Shown in pieces: positions 36,901-46,500 of a stretch of DNA of 63,707 nt. Within the stretch, counting starts at the first letter, position 1. Each line of letters starts with the position of its first letter. The notes under the pieces are model-generated. The model did no database searches. It was given only the letters and a program-made list of their open reading frames with translations, and was not told where the DNA came from. A program made the translations under genes and the position numbers. The stretch is from positions 17,546,294-17,610,000 of the forward strand of contig CM060734.1 in assembly GCA_030704615.1 (NCBI GenBank), written 5' to 3'. Source of the DNA: Takakia lepidozioides (lineage: Eukaryota > Plantae > Bryophyta).

Positions 36901-39068
36901 AGTGGCTATTGCTAGGAAGGAAATTCAGTGCATTGAAACCTCACCTTCTCTTTCGCCTCCACACATGCCGTTGAGAGGTGATGCAGTTTCTCCAATTGCA
37001 TGGTCGGCTGCATGGCCCGAGAATAGTGTTTTGCAATCTCGGGGATGAAGTCCTTTCCAAGTGCCGGATCTGCAATTGCCACCAGCTTCACAAGCTTTGA
37101 CTTGTATTTGGTTCTGGACTTGACACCGGCTTCCTTCAAGTGCTCAGTCAATGACTGCAACGTTTTGACCTGCCCCTCACTTTCCATGAAGAAGCGTTTG
37201 GCATGGGCCAAATCCAGCTTGATGTTTGACTGCCAACAAAAACATGCAGAAGCGTTACATTCGATTCATGTGGAAACATTACTGGAAATTGGGGAAGGAT
37301 GAGCAGAGGGAAATTGGAGCACGACTTACTTCGTATATCACCTCCACCATTCCATCCATAGTGAGACGATACCATGTCCGGTCTGTTTTTGCAACGGCTT
37401 TCTGAATGAGCTCCGGCTCCAGCATTTCCGCAAACATCTGCGGATCAGTAAGACCAGTTTTCCTCACCCTGTACAGCATATGTGCCATGTGGGTATGCAC
37501 GTACGCATTCTCAGTGACCCTGCAAGGCACACTCTCCAGTTCAGTACACGGAAGCACGGAATCAAACCAGAATGGAAACCGAAATGCGGCACCGCATTTC
37601 GAATGTGCTAGGGAGGGTATGAGTATCTTACGAGTTGAGGTCCGCCATGGCATTCTTGAGGAGGGAGGAGTCTGCCGCCTTCACCTTGAGGATGACACAC
37701 TCCACCATGTAATGCCAGCCAATGTGCTTGGCATGGTTCTGCTTGATGTACTCCCACCAGGCGAGAAGTCGGTGATTCCCGTCCCACACAAAGAACATTT
37801 TTCCCGACATATGGCCGAAGTCGGGATCACCCTTCAGCGTCGCCTCGAATTCGTGGTTGCGAGTGTGCCAGTGGGTATCCCACGTTGACAATTCATCGGC
37901 AGTGGGTCCACGGGTTTCGCCGTCCTCATTCTCTATGGAAACGTAAAACGCTGCCGATCCCAGACGGTACCCTTCTCGAAATGCGAACTTGAGCTTATCC
38001 ACATCTCCGGGAAGGGCCTGCCTGACGATGGGAAGGGAGACCATGCGACAGAGTGGGATTCGAAGAGTCCGCTGGAATACCCTGCTGCCCAGAACTCTGC
38101 CAATGCTACTGTGTGTCTCCTCCAACATTTTATCCGCTGCACTTTTGAAATCCTCCGGAGACATGTCTGTAGGTGCCGGTAGTGGCTGAGCAGGTGGAGC
38201 ATCCTCAACTGGAGCTGCACTCTGGGGCCTGTGTGCGGGCAATTCTGCCACTGCAGAGGCCTCCTCCGGGCCTGCTAGCTCATCGGTGGTGAGGTCTGCC
38301 TGCGAACGTTCAGCGGCAGCACCCTCCTCCGGTACCAAATCGAGATCAACGGTCGATCCCATTGCCTTCGCTGCAGCAGAGTCGGCCCCAACATCTGCAG
38401 GCGGGAAATCCTCCAGGAACTGAGCTTCAGCTCGTGGAAGCGGTTTTGCGGGAGATTGTTCGCCCGTCGCCCTGATTGCCTTCTGCTTCCTCATCCTTGC
38501 AGGTGAAGGTGTCTGCTGCAATAGAATCTGTCTTCTACCCTGCTGCTTCATTCGCGTTGGGGGGGGTGAATCGGCCTGAGCCGGTTCAGAAGCCAGTAGA
38601 GGGACGGGCTGCTTCTTCTTCGACTTTGCTGGAGAAGGGCCCGACCCCTGCTGGCGATTCTCCATGATCGAAGAACGCGAGTCGATCTCTGAGACTTTGA
38701 ACTTGCCCTTCGAAGACGCGTCTTTGAATCGCAGAGGGCTAGGCCCGGCAGGAGTACCCGCGCTCGGGGATCGGGTGGGTGTACGTGCTGCAGCTAGCTC
38801 CTCGGACTCTTCCTGCGGCTCTTCGGATTCCTGCGATCCCTCCAGCACGTCCACCTTTCCTGTTAGGCATGCAAACATGTTCTGCATTCAAGTCTCCTAG
38901 CATTCAGTCTAAGAATTACAGAAGCAAAATGGGGGGTTCGGTGCTCGATCAGCTGCGCGCAGCCCGATCGCATGGAGCTCTCACTGGTGGCTGGGTTGCC
39001 TGAGTGGCCTGCTGCTCGGAGATGGCAATCTCCTCCTGTAGACGCATCTGCTTCCTCCCCTTCGGCAT
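33920..39068 (-). CDS. Multi-exon ParB/sulfiredoxin-like domain + beta-class N6A/N4C DNA methyltransferase-like fusion protein
   Basis: ParB-like IVRQALPGDVDKLK and FFVWDGNHRLLAW. MTase-like DMIILDIPDG (motif IV position), then after splicing VLDLICGTG|ASMWAGRFSDRHLFAYEED (motif I region). Phase-consistent GT-AG introns 38984-38882, 37631-37520, 37329-37230, 36402-36298, 35177-35081, 34815-34714, 34517-34413. Exon structure at 36944-36403 is unresolved. Confidence 0.78.
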
Positions 39069-39505
39069 TGGCCTACGTCCGAAGTATAATTTCCGGAGCT
39101 TGCGACGAGGTCTCCTGTCTGGTGCACGAACTCCCCCCCTCTCAGGTTCGAGCATAAGAAGAACAGAGAGAGGGAAAAGGGGCAAAGAGTGCAGATGGAA
39201 AGGGCGCGAGAGGGGTGACTGAGGAGACACGACAAAAGTAGATGAAACGGCGGTGATGCACCACTTGGGTTCGAAAGGTTGGACGAAAGTGTCTCCTCGT
39301 GGAGTTTGCGTCATTACGAAATTCGAATCGTTGAGGGTACGCCCGCCGTCCGAAAATCAAACATCATTATCCAACGGTCAGGCCGCGCCGCCTCATGCCC
39401 CTTCAGTCAGATAGAGTGCCGACATGTGCAGCAATTCCGTTGCTCCACGTGTTCACATTTCAAGGCATTTCCGTCCCAGCGTCTGATGAGTTGGAGCGAG
39501 AATGC

Positions 39506-41206
39506 GAATGCGGCGCCGCATTTCCGTTAAGTACGATCACTCTGCTACACATCCGTACTTGTTGGAAGAAAATGCGGCACCGCATTTCCGTTCCACCTTC
39601 ACATACCTTAGTTGTTGAACGGAAATACGGTGCCGCATTTCCGTCCCACAGCTCCATGTATGAGATTCAGAAGGGAAATGCGGCGCCGCATTTCCGTTCC
39701 CACTTCACATACGTTAGTTGATGAATGGAAATGCCGTGCCACATTTCCGTTCGGGAAAGTATAGAGGTCTCACCTGGACAGAAATGCGGTGTCGCATTTC
39801 CGGTCTGGAAAGGTTGAAGGTCTCACATGGATGGAAATGCGGCAACACATTTCCGTAGCACAGCTCCAGGCCGAATATACAAAACGGAAATGCGGCGCCG
39901 CATTTCCGTTCGAGAATGTCGGAAGGTGCGACTCGAACGGAAATGCGGTGCCGCATTTCTGTACCCGTTGCGCACGATTTTCAGTCAGAATGGAAATGCG
40001 GTACCGCATTTCCGTTCTGTAGAGTATTAACGTCTGACGCTGGCGGAAATGCCTTCCCGCATTTTCGTTCCACAGCTCCATGCCTCACATACAAAACGGA
40101 AATGCGGTGCCGCATTTCCGTTTTGGAATGTCGGATGGTGGGACTCCGACGGAAATGCGGTACCGCATTTCAATTCCGATGTTTCAGGATATTTCATCAG
40201 AACGGAAATGCGGTGCCGCATTTCCCTTTAAATCTAATACATTCCGTTCTGGAATGTTGGGAGGTGCGACTCGGATGGAAATGCGCTGCCGCATTTCAGT
40301 TCCGATGGTTCACGATTTTCAGTCAGAACGGAAATGCGGTGCCGCATTTCCGTTCTGGCCTGATGGTAGGTGCGACTCGGATGGAAATACGTTGCCGCAT
40401 TTCAGTTCCGATGGTTCACGATTTTCAGTCAGAACGGAAATGCGGTGCCGCATTTCCGTTCTGGAATGATGGTAGGTGCGACTCGGATGGAAATACGGTG
40501 CCGCATTTCAGTTCAGATAGTTCACGATTTTCAGTCAGAACGGAAATGCGGTGCCGCATTTCCGTTCTGGATAGTGTGAATGTCTCAACCGGTCGGAATT
40601 GCGCTGTATGAAGCTGTCGGAATCTTACTCGGCTCCAGGCATCAGATACAAAATGGAAATGCGGCGCCGCATTTCCTTTATGGAATGTCGAAAAGTGCGA
40701 CTTTGACGGAAATGCGGTGCCGCATTTCTGTTCCCGTTGTTCATAATTCTCAATCAGAACGGAAATGCGGTACCGCATTTCCGTTCCACCTTCACATACC
40801 GTGCTTGTTGAATGAAAATGCGGTACCGCATTTCCGTTCTCGAGAGTATGAATGTCTTTTAAGGACGGAAATGTGCTGCAGCATTTCTATCCCTCAGCTC
40901 CATGCATCAGATACAAAATGGAAATGCGGCGCCGCATTCCCGTTCTGGAATGTCGAAAAGTGCGACTCGGACGGAAATGCGGTGCCGCATTTCTGTTCCC
41001 GTTGTTCATAAATCTCAATCAGAACGGAAATGCGGTACCGCATTTCCGTTCCACCTTCACATACCGTGCTTGCTGGATGGAAATGCGTTACCGCATTTCC
41101 GTTCTGGAGAGTATAAAGGTTTCCCCCGGACGGAAACTCGGTGCCGCATTTCCGTCGCTCTGTTGCATGACCAAGATGCAATACGGAAATGCGGCGCCGT
41201 ATTTCC
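39506..41206. repeat. Array of ~32 palindromes with a 53-bp period in the divergent intergenic region
   Basis: GGAAAT starts at 39568, 39621, 39674 ... 40204; 40277 ... 40595; 40655 ... 41185. Some copies are perfect 30-bp palindromes (GAACGGAAATGCGGTACCGCATTTCCGTTC at 40757). Confidence 0.96.
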
Positions 41207-41635
41207 GTCCACCAGCAATCGACAGAATCACTCGTGACGGGAAATCTGGAACCTCAATGGGTTGCATTGTTCCGAAACAACACAATTGCGGCCAGTCTTG
41301 ATGAGCACAACTTGGTTGTCTGACCGTTTTAACCAGCAGTCCTGGCACTTGTCAGTGCGAACGTTCCTGTCTGCACCGAGAATACTGCTGGATCCACCCT
41401 CAGGAGAAACTGTCAGGAGATGTTATTTCGTCGCCGAATCGGCCATCATTGTCCTACTCACTGGCTATGGAATCAAACCTCCCACCTTCATGCATGTAGC
41501 TTGAAACAATACTTTCCACTTCAATGTGCGACTTCCAATTGTCGATGGACTCCGCAGATCCACTTAGATGGTGCCTGTGAGCCTTGGTCTGTCGCTATAC
41601 TGAACCTCGCACTTGCCAACTCCGTGCGGTGTTCG

Positions 41636-44600
41636 ATGGCTCCGAATTCCTACGCTATAGTTTGCTGTCCTCCGCAACTTGGGAGAGCCTGGATCCCAAA
41701 CGAGGGAGGACTTTGCAGAGTGACTGAAACTTACCTTTGTTCCAAATTCAAGCTCAAACCGGGCACAGTTTATTTGGAAGAAGAAAGGAAGGATGTTCCT
41801 GGACAGGTTGACGAGACCATTGTCGTGCTAGGTAACGACGGAGGTTGCGGAATCGAATGGCACGTTCCCCCGTCAGACACCATCCTGTACCGAGCTGTGG
41901 GAATGCCCATTCCCTTTCCGAATCAGTCGCTGCCCACACCATCCACAAAGGAGTCCGGAAACCGAGAGGCGGCCACTGCCAACAGAGAGGTATGCAACGA
42001 TAATCATTCCCGACCTGGACCGTCAAGACCCTCCATAGCTTCTCGTGTGGACGTATTCGACATTTCCGACGAGGAAGATGATTGCATTGAGGTACCCATG
42101 TCCTCCACACGGTCGTTCAAATCCGGCATGGACGTCTCTGTAGGTGCTACGCATGTGCCCTCGAGCATAACTCCAACCCGGTCCATTGTGCAGCTCCTAC
42201 GACAACATCACCTCGATGGTTCTCGCTCCGAGCTGGCTGCTCTCGACTATGCCAAATTCCCAGTCAGAAAGGTAACTTTTCTGCCTCCCGAAGTCGATGG
42301 CAATGTCATCTTCGAGTTTCCACCTGTTTCTTCGTCAAAGAAAGCCTCCGGGATGTTAACAGACATGGATCGAAAGCATGACGGACACCCCTGGTGTGTG
42401 ACGAAGACCAGTAGCACGAAAATTGCTGATGGTGTTCGTGTACGATATGTCCTCTGTGCGGGGAAGCTGAGGTGCCTCAATCCCACCTGCTTCCACTTTC
42501 TCTCCAAAGGAGGGCGGAGAAACGAGACGGATTGGACTGGCACAACGCATCATCCATTCATTGTCTCCAGCCAAGCTCCTGCGGGTTCTTTCAAGTGTGC
42601 ACATTGCAAAGAACCACCGACGTGCATGTCCATGTGCAGAGCCAAGCAATATTACGTAATCCATTTGCTCCCGGACTTGACTAGAGCTTGCATACACGTT
42701 GGGGTCCACTGCCACCCCTTGGCGAGAGGCAACATGCGTGAGGCTGTGCAGGAAGCACACGACATCATAAAAGAGGAGGTGAAATTGAGCCCCGGAGCCA
42801 GACCAAAGCAGATTCAGCTGAAGGCAGCCCACAAGATTGCTCTTGGCAAAATCATGTCTGAAGATGGTTCCGACCGAGAGCCCTTGACCGAAGACGAGAT
42901 GCGTGACCTCTTGGAGTCCGTCTCGCACGTTTGTAGTCCGAATGTGCGGAATCACATCGTATCTTGCAAGCAGGAGTTCGGCAGGGGGTCGGACATGTAC
43001 TCAATCCTGGAGGTGAAACGAATGACTGGATATGACTACATCCAAGGTAGCAGGTTTCCAGGGCAAGGCAGCGAATCCGATCGTTGTTACATTTTCAAAA
43101 TGTCGACGTGTGGGCCTGGGAGTGGAGTCGACTTGGTCACTCGCATGACAACTGGAAACTTGTCGAATGCTTGGGTGATGTTTGATCACATCAAGCGAAT
43201 TACAAACCATCAGTGGGTGACTATGGGTGCGCATGTTTATGACTATCACTCCAAGAGGCTCATGACGATTGCAATCTGCGAGATGAAAGGGGAGGACACA
43301 CAGTCCGAGATGCATCTGTGGGAGGGCATAAACAGCAGATGGCAAGGGCGGGATTGCCAGAGCCCAATTTCAGGGGATTCATGGCAGACAACGCTCAGGC
43401 CAACTGGGCAGCGGTGCGGCGTGTGTACGGTGAGGACCCCAATGTTCCAATGGAGGGGAAAGAGAGATCCTGTGGATTCCATTGGATGCAGAGTCTATCC
43501 CACTACACTACCAAATTTGTTGCTAGCTCATTCCAGGCTGAACACCGTGTCCTTTGTACGGCGTGGAAGGATGCACCCACATTTGATGACGCGGAGGTTA
43601 AGTTTGCTATCATCGAGGCTTGGTGGAACACGTCAGGTGCAGTGGAGACAACCAATCTGGGAGCATTGCACAGCTGGTTGGGGTGGTGGCATTTTCGGTA
43701 TCGACAGTTCGGACAGTACATGCGGGAGGTAGGCTGCTGTCATTTTCGTTCATTTGTCTTTCTGTTACGGACATTTCGATTGGTCCCTCACCGTTGTTTG
43801 TGTCCTTCTAGGAGCGGTGCTTGGATTCCGACACGGACATGCCGAACACGAATATGGCAGAATCGGTCCACTCCTCCTGGCGAGCGTCTTCTGCCGCACA
43901 TCTGGTGGACGTAGTGACGGCCACAACGGAGGACATCGACAGAGCAATCATGCAGCAAGCCACGTACTACAAGTTCCTGAGCGGCAAACAATGGGGCTTT
44001 GGGCCGGACAGGGAGGAATTGTTGGTACGAACAGCTTCGAGGTCCAAGAATCCAGTGAAATGGGCGACAGCATTGCGAGAGAAGATCAAAGGGACGCCTC
44101 TGCACCGCAGAGGTGAACACCTAGAGGGGGACGTCCGGACTCGCCCTGTCAGGCGGAGGATTGAAGAGGAACCCGGGTGCGAAGAGGATTCCTGGAGATC
44201 CGACAGGAACATTCGGACAGCACCTCGAGGTCCCGTCATGTTGCCGCACAATGTGTCTTCCAGCAGTGGAAGCCCAAGAAATTCCAGATCGCCGTCGCCT
44301 TCAACCGGGGATTTCGTGCAACAAATTCCCACCGCTCCCTTGCCCCACATTCCGCCCGCTGTTATGCAGTATGGCCAAGCCATTGTGGAGACGACTGTGT
44401 CTGCCTCACAGTGGAGAATTGCTCGCACAAAGCCGTCGTTTCGAGGAAGGTGTTCCGCAATTCGTGTGGATACACGGCAACGTTGTTTAGAGATGATAAG
44501 GAGGAATCCAGATGGGGCTGTCCCTGCTCCTACTTTTACAGGAAGATTTGTCCATGCAAAGTTTGCGGAGGCGACAACCACCCAGTTCTGGTTCTGCAGG

Positions 44601-45242
44601 CACGACATTATGACTTGCGTGTATGGAAAGCCCAAGTACGGCATACAGACAATGCCAGAGGCTCCCCCGGTGTGGCCGGTGGAACCAGGCTGCGATCTGA
44701 GTCAGGTTGAGGCCGACGCCCTTACCGCCGCAGGATTTCGGATGGTGCAGCGCACTGACGTGCCCAGACAACCATTTCCGCTTCCACAGCCTCCACCACC
44801 GACCCCTGTGAGAGCAAGAACAATGGGACACGACAGCTCTAAGCATCCTACACACCGTTGGGGGAAACCGAAGAGGCGGCGACCTCCCTCAAAAGTGAAC
44901 GAGACAAGGATGGGGAATGCACTTCGGATGAACTGTACAATCCAGAGCTCGACAGAAGTGCCCCCACCAGGATTCGGGCGTGTGTATCAGATGGCCACGG
45001 CGGGCTCAGCTGTTCGCAATGAGGTGTACACCATCACCATTTCAGAATTACCCACCTGCAATTGCACCGACTTCCAGATCATGGCGAACAAGGGGGCATC
45101 ATACTGCCCTTGCAAGCATTTGTACTACGTGTACCTAAAGAGACTCCGTTGTAATTCCACAACTCATCACTTCATACATGCACCAGGGTTGAGCCCCCAG
45201 GAGGTTCACACTCTTCTGAATATGGATCCAGGGGACCAGTGA
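41636..45242 (+). CDS. Mutator-family DDE transposase with N-terminal GCM/WRKY-fold zinc domain and C-terminal SWIM finger; one frameshift (~43335) and one intron (43729-43811)
   Basis: DGHPW..CAGKLRCLNPTC..CAHC..C..HVGVHCHP; WVMFDH; FMADNAQA; CGFHW; GWWHFR; TNMAESVH; CNCTDF..CKHLYYV. Confidence 0.88.
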
Positions 45243-46000
45243 GCTTGGCTTGCGGTCCACATACAATGGTACGCCCATCGGATAGTAGAACTGTACTGCT
45301 GCCAGTACCTCAGACTCTGGCCACACAAAGGTCCGACATATGTCTTGCCTACCAGTAACCTGTTTTGATCGAACTAAGATATTACTATATCGTTCACTTG
45401 TTTCCACGTGCATGTATTTTTGTATGTTGGAGGGTTCATGTTTTTCTGCTTTCCGAAAACTTGCTCTCCTCATTCGACCTCCGACAAGGAAATGCGGCGC
45501 CGAATTTCCAAGTATCGTCGTAGGTACCCCCAGAGGCGGCCTTCGCCAACACCAAACCGCTCCGAAATTTCGCACGTGCGAACCCTAATGCGGCACCCTA
45601 TTTCCCAGTTCAGTTGCAAACCTTTCCCGCCGAATACCCGAAGAAGACAGAATTGTGAAGTACTGCAGACTGTATTGGTGCAGACTCCATTGGTTCAATC
45701 GCGGCAAAAGGGTCAGCTTCATTCCAATGTTAAGGCATGTAAAACCGCGGAATACTCTATACAGGCCAGTATGCGACGTCCTTTTGCAGTGGTATACTGG
45801 ATTTCCCGTTGCACGGTCACTTATTTCCATGAGCGGATCTATAAAACCATGAGCGGACTTGTTACTGACGACATATCTTCGCCGCATTACATGATCTGGA
45901 ACGTCCAAAAACGGCAAGGTCAAATAAAAAACTATTATTTTAATACTTGTTTAATCTGCCGCATTTCCAAATTTGGAGGAGTCCGCTCATGAAATCCGCG

Positions 46001-46500
46001 NNNNNNNNNNNNNNNNNNNNNNNNNNNNNNNNNNNNNNNNNNNNNNNNNNNNNNNNNNNNNNNNNNNNNNNNNNNNNNNNNNNNNNNNNNNNNNNNNNNN
46101 NNNNNNNNNNNNNNNNNNNNNNNNNNNNNNNNNNNNNNNNNNNNNNNNNNNNNNNNNNNNNNNNNNNNNNNNNNNNNNNNNNNNNNNNNNNNNNNNNNNN
46201 NNNNNNNNNNNNNNNNNNNNNNNNNNNNNNNNNNNNNNNNNNNNNNNNNNNNNNNNNNNNNNNNNNNNNNNNNNNNNNNNNNNNNNNNNNNNNNNNNNNN
46301 NNNNNNNNNNNNNNNNNNNNNNNNNNNNNNNNNNNNNNNNNNNNNNNNNNNNNNNNNNNNNNNNNNNNNNNNNNNNNNNNNNNNNNNNNNNNNNNNNNNN
46401 NNNNNNNNNNNNNNNNNNNNNNNNNNNNNNNNNNNNNNNNNNNNNNNNNNNNNNNNNNNNNNNNNNNNNNNNNNNNNNNNNNNNNNNNNNNNNNNNNNNN
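46001..46500. other. Assembly gap (500 N)
   Basis: Run of N; the flanks need not be contiguous. Confidence 1.

Larger units (their letters stand above)
31365..46000. mobile_element. Large (>=14.6 kb) Mutator-like (MULE) transposon carrying a transposase, a ParB-methyltransferase-like gene, a third ORF and palindrome arrays
   Basis: Left end TATTTCATGAGC plus CATGAGC repeats; right end GCTCATGAAAT (45985-45995) abutting the gap. MULE transposase motifs; the same palindrome occurs throughout. Confidence 0.82.

Noticed and set aside
39506-41206. CRISPR-like repeat-spacer appearance
   Set aside because: Spacers recur in a higher-order pattern, repeats are degenerate, there are no cas genes, and the context is a eukaryotic transposon.
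32922-41348. Many short ORFs with KCGAAFP / GNAAPHF / EMRRRIS repeats
   Set aside because: They are translations of the palindrome in all six frames, not proteins.
41420-41635. N-terminal extension of the 770-aa ORF, and its tail after ~43340
   Set aside because: The first ATG is at 41636; conserved MULE motifs continue in another frame after ~43335.
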